From: Terriglobia bacterium
GTDB taxonomy: Bacteria; Acidobacteriota; Terriglobia; 20CM-2-55-15
Assembly: GCA_965218585.1 (NCBI GenBank)
Contig: CBDCLE010000003.1
Span: 224,001 to 288,000, forward strand
DNA: 64,000 bases
Reading direction: 5' to 3'
Positions 40,720 through 51,394 of the stretch are shown piece by piece (the first letter of the stretch is position 1; each line of letters opens with the position of its first letter). The translations under genes were made by a program, and so were the position numbers. Below the pieces are notes generated by a model. That model saw nothing but the letters and a program-made list of their open reading frames with translations. It was not told where the DNA came from and did no database searches.

Positions 40720-43080
40720 CTAACCCTTAGGGCCGCGGAATTTTTCCTGAAGCTGCCGGATTTTTTCTTCCATCGACAGTTCGGGCTGGGGCGGTGGCTT
40801 CGGCCGTCTTTTCGTCCTGACAGCTGCTTCCTTTATCCGGGGCTTGCGGTCGGAAGATCTGCGCGGGTCCTCGCCAGGCTTTCCTCTTGATTTCGGCTTC
40901 GCTCTGGGTTGTGGCTTCGGACGAGGTTTTGGCTTGGGCTGGGTTGCTTTTACCGACAGGCTTATACGTTTGAGTGCCGCATCGATCCCGATCACTTTTA
41001 CCTTCAGGACTTCACCCACGTGGACCTTCTGCCGGGCGTCAGAAACGTAATGATGCGAAAGCTCGGAGATATGGACCAGACCGTCCTGATGAACTCCCAG
41101 ATCGACAAACGCGCCGAAGTTCGTGACGTTCGTCACCGAGCCTTCCAGTTCCATCCCTTCCTTCAGATCGGTGATCTCCCTGACGTCATCCCTGTACTTC
41201 GGGACTGCGAACGCTTTTCGGGGATCCTGTGCGGGCTTGAGTAATTCTGTTCGAATATCGTTCAGTGTGAACCGGCCGGCTTCCTTCTCGAAATTTGAAA
41301 ATTCGATTGTGCCTATTCGATCTGGATTTTCCACCAGGTCAGCTGTGGTCAGCTCGACCGATTCCGCCAGTTTCTCAACGAGCGGGTAGGACTCGGGATG
41401 GACCGAGGTCCGGTCCAGCGGATTGGATCCATCCTTGATTCTCAGGAACCCGGCGGCCTGTTCGAAGGTCTTGTCTCCAAAACCGCTGACCTCGGTGAGT
41501 TTTTCCCGGCTCGGAAACGCCCCATGTTCATCGCGGTATTGAACGATCGATTGCGCCAGTCGTTCCGATATCCCGGATATGTACTTCAGCAGATCGACAG
41601 ATGCAGTGTTCAGATCTACACCGACGGTGTTCACGGCCGATTCCACCGTCGCGTTCAGGCTGACTTTCAGTTTTTTCTGATCGACGTCGTGCTGGTACTG
41701 TCCGACCCCGATAGACTTCGGGTCAATCTTGACCAATTCGGCGAGCGGATCCTGCAAGCGTCTCGCGATGGATATGGCTCCCCGGATTGTCACGTCCAGT
41801 TTGGGGAACTCTTTCCGCGCTAGTTTGGAAGCCGAATAAACCGAAGCGCCCGCCTCGTTGGTGACGACTGTGAATATATCCAGTTTGTGTTTCTCCACCA
41901 TTGATCGGATGAAGGCTTCCGTTTCTCTCGATCCGGTACCATTCCCAATGACGAGTCCACGGACAGTGTGCCTGGTGATCAGATCGAGAAGAATCTTCTC
42001 CGCTGCTTCAAGATCCTTCTTTGGTTCCGACGCGAAAATTGTCTCGTGTTCCAGAAACTTTCCAGTCGGATCCACAACCGCGAGCTTAGAACCCGTTCGC
42101 AACCCGGGATCGACACCCATCACTCCGATCTGTCCGGCCGGTGGGGCGAGCAGCAGGGAACGGAGGTTTTCCTCGAAAACCTTGATTGCTTCGTTTTCAG
42201 CCCTGTCCCGGAGGTCGGAGCGGATCTCGTTCTGAATCGAGGGTTCCATAAGCCGGTGGTAACCGTCTTCGATAGCCTGATTCATCATCGTTCCGTACGG
42301 GGAGTCGGGCTTAATATCAAACCGTAACTTCAATTCTGAAAGAGCCTTTTCGTGGTCAATCTGAATTGAAAAGGTCAGCACTTTTTCGCGCGCGGCCCTA
42401 CGGACTGCAAGCATTCGATGCGACGGGATGCGAGCCACCTTTTCGTCGTAGTCGTAATACATCGAATACTTCGTCTTTTCCTCTTTCTTCGCTTTGGTTA
42501 CCCGGGCCTGGACCGTTCCTTCTTTGAACATGGTTGCCCGGAGCCATTTCCGATCGTCCGTGCGTTCGGCCACGCGGTCGGCAACGATATGAAGAGCCCC
42601 CTCGATCGCGGAATCCACCGTCGGCACCCTTCGTTCGAAACTCAGGAATCCGAAAGCGCGTTCCTCCGGCGAGTTGGAGTCGTCCTGACTTTGAATAATG
42701 TCCGCTAGAGGTTCGAGTCCCTTTTGCCGCGCGATACTTGCTTTCGATTTTCGCTTGGGTCGATAAGGTAGATAGAGGTCTTCGAGTTCGTTCTTCGAGT
42801 AACAATTGAGGAGTTTGTCGCGCAAATCCTCGGTCAGCTTCCCGTGTTCCTCGATGGCCGAAACGATAGCCTGGCGCCTTTCTTCCAGTTCGCCGTAGTA
42901 GATGTACCGGTTCGCGATTTCGCGAATCTTCACCTCGTCCAGATTGCCTGTTGCCTCTTTTCGATAGCGCGCGATGAACGGTATGGTGCCGCCCTCAGCG
43001 ATGAGGTGGATCGTGGCTTCGATTCGGGGCAGAGAGACACCGACCTCTTCGTTGATCCGGCGGGTGATTTCAGAACTCAT
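40720..43080 (-). CDS. tex: Tex family RNA-binding transcriptional accessory protein
   Basis: GTIPFIARYRKEATGNLDE, LEDLYLPY, GVDPGLRTG, EAGASVYSAS and GVGQYQHD motifs; S1 domain (FGAFVDLGVHQDGLVHIS). Confidence 0.95.
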   Translation of the reverse strand: MSSEITRRINEEVGVSLPRIEATIHLIAEGGTIPFIARYRKEATGNLDEVKIREIANRYIYYGELEERRQAIVSAIEEHGKLTEDLRDKLLNCYSKNELEDLYLPYRPKRKSKASIARQKGLEPLADIIQSQDDSNSPEERAFGFLSFERRVPTVDSAIEGALHIVADRVAERTDDRKWLRATMFKEGTVQARVTKAKKEEKTKYSMYYDYDEKVARIPSHRMLAVRRAAREKVLTFSIQIDHEKALSELKLRFDIKPDSPYGTMMNQAIEDGYHRLMEPSIQNEIRSDLRDRAENEAIKVFEENLRSLLLAPPAGQIGVMGVDPGLRTGSKLAVVDPTGKFLEHETIFASEPKKDLEAAEKILLDLITRHTVRGLVIGNGTGSRETEAFIRSMVEKHKLDIFTVVTNEAGASVYSASKLARKEFPKLDVTIRGAISIARRLQDPLAELVKIDPKSIGVGQYQHDVDQKKLKVSLNATVESAVNTVGVDLNTASVDLLKYISGISERLAQSIVQYRDEHGAFPSREKLTEVSGFGDKTFEQAAGFLRIKDGSNPLDRTSVHPESYPLVEKLAESVELTTADLVENPDRIGTIEFSNFEKEAGRFTLNDIRTELLKPAQDPRKAFAVPKYRDDVREITDLKEGMELEGSVTNVTNFGAFVDLGVHQDGLVHISELSHHYVSDARQKVHVGEVLKVKVIGIDAALKRISLSVKATQPKPKPRPKPQPRAKPKSRGKPGEDPRRSSDRKPRIKEAAVRTKRRPKPPPQPELSMEEKIRQLQEKFRGPKG

Positions 43081-43101
43081 GAGCTTAAGAATTAGGATGG
43101 C

Positions 43102-43183
43102 AATTCGGGGTATCGGGATCTTTTCTAATACAACGTGCGGTCATAGACCGCACCTACAGTTGAAAAGATCCCGCTACCCAATT
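43102..43183. repeat. GTAG REP copy nested in a larger inverted repeat
   Basis: gtgcggtcatagaccgcacctacag (43135-43159) is identical to 35400-35424 and is flanked by cgggatcttttc / gaaaagatcccg. Confidence 0.85.
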
Positions 43184-43272
43184 CGCAGTATGCAGTAGGA
43201 TGCGACTGGGACGCAACAGCATACGATAAGCGGTCTGCGCTTCATCCTTTTCAAAAGGAAAAGGAATCTCTC

Positions 43273-44487
43273 TTACCGAGGCAGCCCGAAGCCGGATTCA
43301 GCGTCATCGCGACTACTGACTTGGAGTCCGTAGCCCTCCCCTTCGGTATCGACCCAGTCCATCAAATTTTGGAAAGCTGTTTGGTAGTGTGTCAGATTTT
43401 CTTCCAACCGGCGTGCGTGTTCGTTTCCAAGACGGCCGCTTCTCCCGATGTCCTCGATCAGGACGTACAACTCCTCCATTGTTTCTTTCAAGTCCTCAAC
43501 GAGTCGGTCGGAGTCAGCCGACAGTGAAGGCGCAGCTCGCAACAGCTCGATCGAACCGCCAAGCCTCGACGACAAGCCTTCGTTCTCTCGAACAGCGTCT
43601 CCGTCCCTGATTGTTCGCCGTGTCACGCCAAAACTTCTTTGTGCCGTATTTACGGCTTGGATGAACTGTTCTGTTGCAGGTTGCCTTCCGAGGAGCGGAT
43701 TCCAGGAGCGTGCAAGGTTGGAGAGGCGGAACCGGGGACCGTCGTAGTGGACGCCGACCTGGTAGAAACCAAGCAGCACCGATGCGATCGCCAGTGAACG
43801 GGACAGTTGGAAAAGACCGGGAGTTCGGCTACCAGGGGTTTCGAACCTAAAGATTGCCGCCAGGGTCATACCCGCGATCAAGCCACCAATATGGGCGGCG
43901 TTGTCTATGACCGGGATAGCAAAGCCGATGATCAGGTTGATCACGATTACGGGAAGAATTCCGACGCGAATTGCGCGCCCGAGGAACCGGGGCACTGTGT
44001 GTCGATGGCGAACGCCAAATACAAACAGCACACCAAAGAGACCAAAAATTGCACCCGAGGCGCCCGCCGAGAGAGCGTTCGGAGAAAAAAGGTAGCTGCC
44101 GACGACTCCCGCGATTCCCATCACGACGTACAGGGTGACGAAACGCGCACTGCCATAGAGGCGCTCTACCTGCTGTCCGACGATCCACAACGCATAGGAA
44201 TTCAGAACCAGATGCAGGATGCCGATATGAATGAAGACCGGCGTGACGAACCGCCAGATCTCTCCCTGATCAATGGCCGCGTTGGACTTCACGCCAAATG
44301 CCATCAGGGTGGCTTCATTCATGCTGCCACCCGAGATTTCCATCAGCAGGAAGATCGCCAGGTTGATCGCCACCAGGATGTATGTGAAGGGAACGCTGCG
44401 TTTCCTTAGATCTGCGATAAAGAGAAGGTCGGGATCGAGAGGAATTTCAGTTGCTTGGGGGTGGGGAGGTGAGTTTGGAAGCGTCAT
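43273..44487 (-). CDS. Rhomboid family intramembrane serine protease with C-terminal helical extension
   Basis: WRFVTPVFIHIG..H..LN, GASG (Ser) and AHIGG (His) motifs. Confidence 0.92.
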   Translation of the reverse strand: MTLPNSPPHPQATEIPLDPDLLFIADLRKRSVPFTYILVAINLAIFLLMEISGGSMNEATLMAFGVKSNAAIDQGEIWRFVTPVFIHIGILHLVLNSYALWIVGQQVERLYGSARFVTLYVVMGIAGVVGSYLFSPNALSAGASGAIFGLFGVLFVFGVRHRHTVPRFLGRAIRVGILPVIVINLIIGFAIPVIDNAAHIGGLIAGMTLAAIFRFETPGSRTPGLFQLSRSLAIASVLLGFYQVGVHYDGPRFRLSNLARSWNPLLGRQPATEQFIQAVNTAQRSFGVTRRTIRDGDAVRENEGLSSRLGGSIELLRAAPSLSADSDRLVEDLKETMEELYVLIEDIGRSGRLGNEHARRLEENLTHYQTAFQNLMDWVDTEGEGYGLQVSSRDDAESGFGLPR

Positions 44488-44508
44488 GGTGCCTGTCGAG
44501 AACCAGGG

Positions 44509-45477
44509 TTATTCGGAATCGCTTCGCAAAGTTTCTGCTATTTCACGGGCGGCCTGACGCGCTTCGTCCAATCTTTCGGGTTCAAACGATATTGCAGCTA
44601 CGACGGCATGGCCGCCTCCTCCATAGCGTTCGCAAATTTCCGCCAGGTTGTGTCGTAGTTCGGTCTGTGTCCAGGGGTTTGTTCCTACCGAGACTTTTGC
44701 CCGCGATGGTTCCAGGCTGACACCAACGGTGTAGGACGATTCAGGAAAGATATGATACGGAATGAACTTGTTGTGGCCCGTAATAGACGACTCGCTGATG
44801 TCGAACTCGACGACTCCACCATTCGATGTCATCGCGCTCCTCAATACTTCAATGGAATCGAGGTGTTTTTCGAAAAGGCGATCGAAATGCCCTTTCACGG
44901 TAGGCTGGGCAGCTACCTCTGCCAGCGTCTGTGATTCCAGCCACTCGATGATGTTGCCGATAAGCTCTGGATCCCGAATGGATTCGATGACCAGCATCAA
45001 CTGCAAAGCGGGTTCCTTCAATTCGACGGCCGTTTGCGCATCCTTGAACTGGGCTCCGTCAATGATGTCCGCCCAGTGGATCAACTCGTTCAGGTGATCC
45101 ATCGGGGTACTGAAAACGGTCTCGCTTATGTGCCGTATAAACTTGGTGCAGGATCGGTAGTTCGGATCATGGAACTTACGTCCGCTGTTGTCGTTGCGGA
45201 AGTGGATCTCGTCTTCCGGCGACAGAAACGCGCTCTGGTGGTGGTCGAACCACCATGTCAGTCTGTCCGACGAACTGTATTTAAAGTCGAGGATGACGTT
45301 TACTTTTGCCTGGAGTATGTCTTCGAGGCGATAGGCTCCCGCTCCGTGCGCAACCCCTTTGTATTCGAAGCGCGCTTCCCCATCAACCGCCAGGCGATAG
45401 AAACTTGAAAACACCGTCGACGAGGCCACGCCGTCGAAGCAATTGTCATGATGCAGGACGCGGACGCTCTGGTTCAT
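44509..45477 (-). CDS. DHH family phosphoesterase
   Basis: HHDNCFDG, ILDF, FDHH and GGGGH motifs. Confidence 0.85.
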   Translation of the reverse strand: MNQSVRVLHHDNCFDGVASSTVFSSFYRLAVDGEARFEYKGVAHGAGAYRLEDILQAKVNVILDFKYSSSDRLTWWFDHHQSAFLSPEDEIHFRNDNSGRKFHDPNYRSCTKFIRHISETVFSTPMDHLNELIHWADIIDGAQFKDAQTAVELKEPALQLMLVIESIRDPELIGNIIEWLESQTLAEVAAQPTVKGHFDRLFEKHLDSIEVLRSAMTSNGGVVEFDISESSITGHNKFIPYHIFPESSYTVGVSLEPSRAKVSVGTNPWTQTELRHNLAEICERYGGGGHAVVAAISFEPERLDEARQAAREIAETLRSDSE

Positions 45478-45487
45478 TGCCTAACCA

Positions 45488-46666
45488 TCAACCGAGTAGA
45501 CGCTTGGCAATCGTCTGTAGTTGCATGTTCGATGTGCCTTCGTAGATTTTTCCGATTTTTGCGTCTCGAAAATATTTCTCAGCCGGATAGTCTTTCGTAT
45601 ATCCGTAACCGCCATAGATTTCCACTATCAAGGATGTCACGTCTTCGGCAACCTCGGAGGCGAAATACTTGGCCATTGCAGCTTCAGTCAGGAAGTCCTT
45701 CCCGCAATCCTTAAGCCGCGCTGCGTTGTATACCATGAGGCGGGCTGCCTCGATCCGCGTTGCCGCATGGGCCAACTGGAACTGAATCGCCTGGAATTCT
45801 GTAATGGGTTTTCCGAAAGCTCTGCGTTCCTTCGCGTATGCCGTACCGCAATCCCAGCTTCCTTGTGAAACACCTACCATCTGAGCGCCAATACCGATCC
45901 GGCCCTCGTTCAACGTCTCGATTGCAATCTTGTATCCCTTGCCGACGTTTCCCAGTACCGCAGATTTTGGAATCCGGCATCCATCGAGGAGAAGTTCGCA
46001 CGTGCTGGAAGCCCGAATTCCCAGTTTGTCTTCTTTTCTGCCGATCGTGAATCCGGGTCGATCCTTGTCGATAAGAAAAGTGGTAATGCCTTTATACCCG
46101 AGTTCAGGATTGATCGTCGCGAAAACGATGAACAGTTCTGCTTCAGCCGCGTTCGTAATCCAGAGTTTCTGACCGCTGAGAACATAGTCGTCGCCGTCTT
46201 CTGTAGCCCGGCACCGAAGCGCGAACGCGTCGCTTCCGGATTCGGCTTCCGACAACGCGTAGGCACCGACGAGGTTTTCTCCCAGGCGAGGCAGATATTC
46301 CCTCTTCTGCTTGTCATCCCCCCATCGCATGATGGCGTTGTTGACCAGTGTGTTCTGGACATCGACGAAAACTCCGAATGACGCGTCGACACGGGAAATT
46401 TCTTCGACGGCCAGAATAGACATGAAGAACGAGCCGCCAGGTCCCCCATGCGCTTCGTCGATGTGGACCCCCATCAGTCCAAGGTCGAAGAATTCCGATA
46501 TGACACCTTGGTCGAGTTTTCCCTCCTCATCCATTCGAGAGACGAGGGGGCGAATGCGTTCTTCGGCGAAGGTCCGGCACGAATCCCGGAACAGTTCCTC
46601 ATCTTCTGAAATGACCGTCAGTGGAAGCGGGACTGAAGCTTGAGCTCCCTGTTCTTCGTTCACCAT
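45488..46666 (-). CDS. Short/branched-chain acyl-CoA dehydrogenase
   Basis: YALSEAESGSDA, GQKLWITN, KLGIRAS, GRIGIG, GGYGY and IYEGTSNMQ motifs; AGGAG RBS before MVNEE. Confidence 0.93.
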   Translation of the reverse strand: MVNEEQGAQASVPLPLTVISEDEELFRDSCRTFAEERIRPLVSRMDEEGKLDQGVISEFFDLGLMGVHIDEAHGGPGGSFFMSILAVEEISRVDASFGVFVDVQNTLVNNAIMRWGDDKQKREYLPRLGENLVGAYALSEAESGSDAFALRCRATEDGDDYVLSGQKLWITNAAEAELFIVFATINPELGYKGITTFLIDKDRPGFTIGRKEDKLGIRASSTCELLLDGCRIPKSAVLGNVGKGYKIAIETLNEGRIGIGAQMVGVSQGSWDCGTAYAKERRAFGKPITEFQAIQFQLAHAATRIEAARLMVYNAARLKDCGKDFLTEAAMAKYFASEVAEDVTSLIVEIYGGYGYTKDYPAEKYFRDAKIGKIYEGTSNMQLQTIAKRLLG

Positions 46667-46771
46667 CTTCTCCTGGCTGACGCGCTTTGAGGCGGCAGTG
46701 GATTCAAGCTGTGACGGGAAAAACTCGTCATTATAGCAGTCTGCCTCGACAACCGTTGTCGCCATCAGCGC

Positions 46772-46802
46772 TGGTCCCAATATGGGTGGTACAGGCCACT
46801 AG
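46772..46802. repeat. Half copy (loop plus right arm) of the 53532-53581 palindromic element
   Basis: tggtcccaatatgggtggtacaggccactag matches 53551-53581 at 29 of 31 positions. Confidence 0.8.
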
Positions 46803-46830
46803 GTGTCAGCGTAGTATAATTGCGTCCGAG

Positions 46831-47778
46831 ATGTCTTCCCAAGCGGGGCTGCAGGCTTATAACGACTCCGGACCCTCCCAAGATCGCGCCCGCGACGCCA
46901 GCAGAAGTTTGCGGACCGCGTTAATCATCACAGCATCCGTCCTGGTCGTCGAACTGATCGGTGGCATCTTAAGCAACTCTCTCGCCTTGTTGGCCGATGC
47001 CGGCCACATGTTTACCGACGTCGGCGCGCTCAGCTTAAGCTTCTTCGCGATCTGGTTCGCAACGCGTCCCGCGACTCCGCGTAAGACATACGGGTTTTAT
47101 CGGGTTGAAATCCTCGCGGCACTCCTGAACGGCGTTTTTCTTGTCCTGATTTCCATGTTCATTTTCTATGAGGCCTATCAGAGGCTGATGACGCCTCCCG
47201 AAGTGCGAGGAAACCTGATGCTGATCGTTGCCTCGGGAGGGCTGTTCGCAAACCTGGCCAGTGCGTACATCCTGTTCAAGAATCAGTCCCAGAGTCTCAA
47301 TGTTCGCGGCGCTTTCATCCACGTGTTGAGCGACGCCGTGGGTTCGATCGGGGCGATCCTGGCCAGTCTCGCCATTATCTTTTTCGGCTGGAACTGGGCC
47401 GACTCCGTCATCAGCGCAATCGTGGCGATTCTCATCCTTTCAAGTTCGTGGCTCCTCATTCGCGACGCGATCGACATTCTCCTTGAAGGGGCGCCGGCGC
47501 ATATCAACCTGACGACGCTCAAAGACCAGCTGGTCGGTGCCGATGGAGTGCTGTCTGTCCACGACCTCCATGTGTGGACGCTGACTTCGGGCGTGGTAGC
47601 TATGAGCTGTCACGTCGTCGTCGGGGAGGACGAACCTCCCCAATCGGCGGTCCTGGGTCGTGTCAGGGAGATTGTCCACGAACGGTTTCAAATCGATCAC
47701 ACGACGATTCAGGTTGAGAGCGGTGGACCGAACGGGGAAGACCCCGAAGTCTGCAATTGTCACTTTGGCGCCCGTTAA
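46831..47778 (+). CDS. Cation diffusion facilitator (CzcD/ZitB-like Zn/Co/Cd exporter)
   Basis: SLALLADAGHMFTD, TYGFYRVE, HVLSD, VHDLHVW and HTTIQVE motifs; TATAAT at 46815-46820. Confidence 0.92.
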   Translation: MSSQAGLQAYNDSGPSQDRARDASRSLRTALIITASVLVVELIGGILSNSLALLADAGHMFTDVGALSLSFFAIWFATRPATPRKTYGFYRVEILAALLNGVFLVLISMFIFYEAYQRLMTPPEVRGNLMLIVASGGLFANLASAYILFKNQSQSLNVRGAFIHVLSDAVGSIGAILASLAIIFFGWNWADSVISAIVAILILSSSWLLIRDAIDILLEGAPAHINLTTLKDQLVGADGVLSVHDLHVWTLTSGVVAMSCHVVVGEDEPPQSAVLGRVREIVHERFQIDHTTIQVESGGPNGEDPEVCNCHFGAR

Positions 47779-47916
47779 TATGGACCTGAATGGGGCCTTC
47801 CATTACCTAGAATTTCAGGAAATCGAATGAGAGATTGCGACGTCCGGACGCCTGCGGAGTCGAAGGTCAGTGACGACGAAGGCTGAGGATCAGCAATCAT
47901 AAAAAGGAATCCCAAA

Positions 47917-49176
47917 ATGCCACAGTTCTTGCAGCTTATTTTAGTTCTGGCTCTGGCGCAGACGCCAGCCTTGGACAGTGCCAGTCCCAGAGAACGGAGC
48001 GAGGCCGTCGCCTCGATGTCGGTTCTCGGAAACCGTGATGCGGTGCCTCTCCTGGCCCAGGCTTACAAGAACGAGCAGAGCAGTGAAATCCGGACCTCTA
48101 TCGTTCGAGCCCTCGGAAGGATCCGCGACCGTTCGGCGATTCCGACGCTCAGTGAAGCTCTCCTTACCGATTTTCAACAGATGGTTCGGCTTCAGGCTAT
48201 CGACTCGCTGTTGCGGCTGTACATCCCGGTTTCCGATGAGCGGGGCTTTTTCAGTTTCATTACAGACGTGACCCGGGTCTTCAGCGAAGAAGAGCAACTC
48301 GTGGTCGGCTCGAACGTCTACGTGGACCAAACCGCAAAAGAAGTCCTTGTCGAGGCTCTCAGGAACGACTTCGATTGGGAAGTGCGGGTTGCTGCAGCGA
48401 ATGGTCTGGGATCTCTGCGCGCAGGGGATCAACTACCTGCCCTGATCGAAGAAATGGATGGACCGCGACACCGGGAAGACTGGGAGGTTCAGATCGCCAT
48501 GATCCGGACCATGGGGATCATCAGCAGTCAGGACTCGGGCCCGGTTTTGATCCGGTTCATTCGCGACGAAGATGAACGGGTTGCCCGGGAGGCGATACTA
48601 TCGGTCGGCCGCACCGGGTACCGGGCGGCATTTCCCGCACTGTCGAATCTCTTCAAAACAAGCGAAAACGACGACATGAGCGATTTGGCTCTGGAGTCGA
48701 TCACACTGCTGAGGGAACCGGACGCCGTTGGGTTATTTGAATCGCTTCTCGACAACAGAGAAGACGACTACCGTGAACTTGCGGCGCGCGGCCTGGCCCG
48801 CCTGGACTACGATGCTTCCGGGCTGATCGAACGGATCGCGGTCGAAGACGATACCGAGGTCCGCCTTGCACAGGCTTTCGCTCTGGTCGCGTCCGGGAAC
48901 TCGGACTACCTGGGACGGCTTATCGAGGCTCTCGACAGTCGGCGCGCTGGAACGGCAGAGGTCTATCTGTTCGAATTGGGTCGAGACAAAGGAAAGCTGG
49001 CGGAGTTCTATCCCCACTTGCGAAACTCCAATTCCGATATTCGCGCGAAACTTGTGGGGGTTGTTGGTCAGATCGGATTATCCGAATCCCGACCCTACAT
49101 CCAGCCCTTGACCGAAGATCCGGACGATGACGTCGTCGAGGCGGCCGTAGAAGCTCTTCGTAACCTGGCACCGTAA
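47917..49176 (+). CDS. Exported HEAT-repeat protein
   Basis: Repeated VR..A..ALG.I....A.P.L...L.D units; signal peptide. Confidence 0.82.
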   Translation: MPQFLQLILVLALAQTPALDSASPRERSEAVASMSVLGNRDAVPLLAQAYKNEQSSEIRTSIVRALGRIRDRSAIPTLSEALLTDFQQMVRLQAIDSLLRLYIPVSDERGFFSFITDVTRVFSEEEQLVVGSNVYVDQTAKEVLVEALRNDFDWEVRVAAANGLGSLRAGDQLPALIEEMDGPRHREDWEVQIAMIRTMGIISSQDSGPVLIRFIRDEDERVAREAILSVGRTGYRAAFPALSNLFKTSENDDMSDLALESITLLREPDAVGLFESLLDNREDDYRELAARGLARLDYDASGLIERIAVEDDTEVRLAQAFALVASGNSDYLGRLIEALDSRRAGTAEVYLFELGRDKGKLAEFYPHLRNSNSDIRAKLVGVVGQIGLSESRPYIQPLTEDPDDDVVEAAVEALRNLAP

Positions 49177-49277
49177 AGTCTTTCTGGGCGTGGGACTGAC
49201 GTGTTTGCCGAGACTACAGCACACCGCAGTGTTCTGAGCAGTGGTTGGCTGCCCTTTGCGGTAGGGAGAAGCGACGG

Positions 49278-49745
49278 CTACTCTGGCCCGGTCTCTAGTT
49301 CCGAGATATGCAGGTGCGCCCACCGCCACTGGTTTCCTTGCCGTGTCGCAGTGATAGAAGCCCGGAAAGTGCCCGTCAGAATGGTCCCATCTGGATAAGT
49401 TGTAGCTCCTGTCGTGTAGTAGGTGGCAACTCCGGTGTCGCCGAAGATTTGCGCGTCCAGGTGATGCAGGGCAACTTCAAAGTCGAGACCCGTCTCAAAG
49501 TTGGCTCTCGCCGTGGCCAGGTCCGCGTTGGGTTGGAGCAAGGTCCCATCCCTGGGAAACTGATAACCGTCAGGAAGGAAGTAACTAGCGTAGGTTGCGT
49601 CTTCGGCGTTGAGCTTGTCGTAAAAATCCACGACGGCAGCTTCCAGGCTGGCGGCGTCCTGAGCTATGGCGGCCCCAGCCAGAACCGTACTCAGAGTCAC
49701 GGCTGCCAGCACGAGACACTGCAAAAATCGAAATGAAAATCTCAT
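49278..49745 (-). CDS. Exported NTF2/SnoaL-like (DUF4440-like) protein
   Basis: Signal peptide; IFGDTGVA and C-terminal WRWAHLHIS strands; AAGGAG RBS. Confidence 0.75.
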   Translation of the reverse strand: MRFSFRFLQCLVLAAVTLSTVLAGAAIAQDAASLEAAVVDFYDKLNAEDATYASYFLPDGYQFPRDGTLLQPNADLATARANFETGLDFEVALHHLDAQIFGDTGVATYYTTGATTYPDGTILTGTFRASITATRQGNQWRWAHLHISELETGPE

Positions 49746-49956
49746 TGGGTCTCCTTTGCTCGGTTGTGTTAGCGGACTGGACGCAGCATAACGCGTAGGG
49801 CCGGGAGGAACAATTTTTCCTCACGGCTGGCCCCCGAGAGTGAACTGTGGATTGCTGTTCGACCCACGGTTCTAATCTCTGTTCCTGGGACGAAAGTGGC
49901 CCAAAGCCAGTGTTGACTCTTGATAATCCATCGCAGGCCGAGGAACATCGTTCGAT

Positions 49957-51384
49957 ATGAGCGTAAGAGTTCGCTTTGCTCCTTCCCCGACCGGCCACCT
50001 GCACGTTGGCGGCGCGCGCACGGCTCTGTTCAACTGGTTGTTCGCCCGAAAAATGGAAGGAACCTTCATTCTGCGGATCGAAGACACCGACAGGGAACGA
50101 TCCGATCCCGCTATGACCGAGGGAATTCTCGCCGTGATGTCGTGGATGGGGTTGGATTGGGATGAGGGTCCGTTTTACCAGTCTGAGCGGTTGGACCGGT
50201 ATCGGGATCTGGCTCGGACGTTACTCGACAACGGACACGCCTACCATTGTTTCTGTTCGCCGGACGAACTTGCAGCCAGGAGAAAGGAAGCTTCTTCTTC
50301 CAACGGCGTGTGGAAGTATCCCAGAACCTGCTTGTCTCTGGATGAGAAACAGGTGAGTGACCGACTGGAACGCGGGGAATCTGCCGCGGTCCGATTTAAG
50401 GTTCCCGAGGGGACTGTCGGTTTCAACGATTTGGTTTTCGGTGAGATCAAGAAGGGACTGGAGGAGATCGAGGACTTTGTTCTTCTGAGGTCGGATGGCC
50501 ACCCGACGTATCATCTGAGCGTTGTTGCCGACGACCTGGACATGGGGATGACCCATGTTCTACGGGGAGCCGACCACATTTCCAACACACCGAAACAGAT
50601 CCTTCTATTCGATGCGCTTGAAGCCTCGCGGCCTGAATTCGTTCACGTGCCCCTTATCCTGGGGCCCGACAAGGCTCGCCTCAGCAAACGTCACGGGGCG
50701 ACGTCTGTCTTAGCCTATCGCGACGATGGGATCTTGCCGGAAGCGTTCGACAATTTCCTTGCCTTGCTGGGTTGGTCTGATGGAAGCGACCGAGAGCTGT
50801 TCGACAAGGATGCCCTGATCGAAGCCTTTTTGCTCGACGGTATATCGAAGGCCGACGCTGTCTTCGACCCCGAGAAGCTGGGGTGGTTCAACGGGCAGTA
50901 CATCAACGGGCTCGAAACCGGCGCACTGGCCGCGCGTCTCGTTCCCGTTATGGAGAACGCGGGCTCATGGGAGACGCGGTTCGACACAACTGGTCGTGAG
51001 TGGTTTCTGTCTTTGATCGAATTGATTCGTCCACGTTTTCGCTCGTTGAACGCCTTGGCGGCGGAGATCGGTGCCTATTCCGGTGAAACCGTGGAGTACG
51101 ACGATGCCGCGCTCAAGAAATTCATGCAGGATCCGAAACTTTCCGAATACCTGCCCGAGCTTGCCGAGCGCCTGGAAAAGACGGATCCGTTCGATCTGGA
51201 AGGTACCGAAACAACCCTTCGGGAGCTGGCTGGTGAACTGGGGGTCAAAGCCGGGTTGCTCATCAACGCGGCGCGCGTTTCGCTGACGGGTAAAGCTGTG
51301 GCTCCAGGAATCTTCGACGTCATGGTCGCCCTGGGCCGGGATAAGACGGTCGGGCGACTGCGCAAGGCCGTGACCGCGTTATAA
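49957..51384 (+). CDS. gltX: Glutamate--tRNA ligase
   Basis: RFAPSPTGHLHVGG, LRIEDTD, RGADHISN and RLSKR motifs. Confidence 0.97.
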   Translation: MSVRVRFAPSPTGHLHVGGARTALFNWLFARKMEGTFILRIEDTDRERSDPAMTEGILAVMSWMGLDWDEGPFYQSERLDRYRDLARTLLDNGHAYHCFCSPDELAARRKEASSSNGVWKYPRTCLSLDEKQVSDRLERGESAAVRFKVPEGTVGFNDLVFGEIKKGLEEIEDFVLLRSDGHPTYHLSVVADDLDMGMTHVLRGADHISNTPKQILLFDALEASRPEFVHVPLILGPDKARLSKRHGATSVLAYRDDGILPEAFDNFLALLGWSDGSDRELFDKDALIEAFLLDGISKADAVFDPEKLGWFNGQYINGLETGALAARLVPVMENAGSWETRFDTTGREWFLSLIELIRPRFRSLNALAAEIGAYSGETVEYDDAALKKFMQDPKLSEYLPELAERLEKTDPFDLEGTETTLRELAGELGVKAGLLINAARVSLTGKAVAPGIFDVMVALGRDKTVGRLRKAVTAL

Positions 51385-51394
51385 TCACGACGTT

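Noticed and set aside
49177-49900. Integron-cassette-like appearance of the NTF2 gene (GTTATGC upstream, flanking hairpins at about 49798-49833 and 49852-49882)
   Set aside because: No matching RYYYAAC/attC structure downstream and no integrase; the hairpins may be ordinary regulatory or terminator structures
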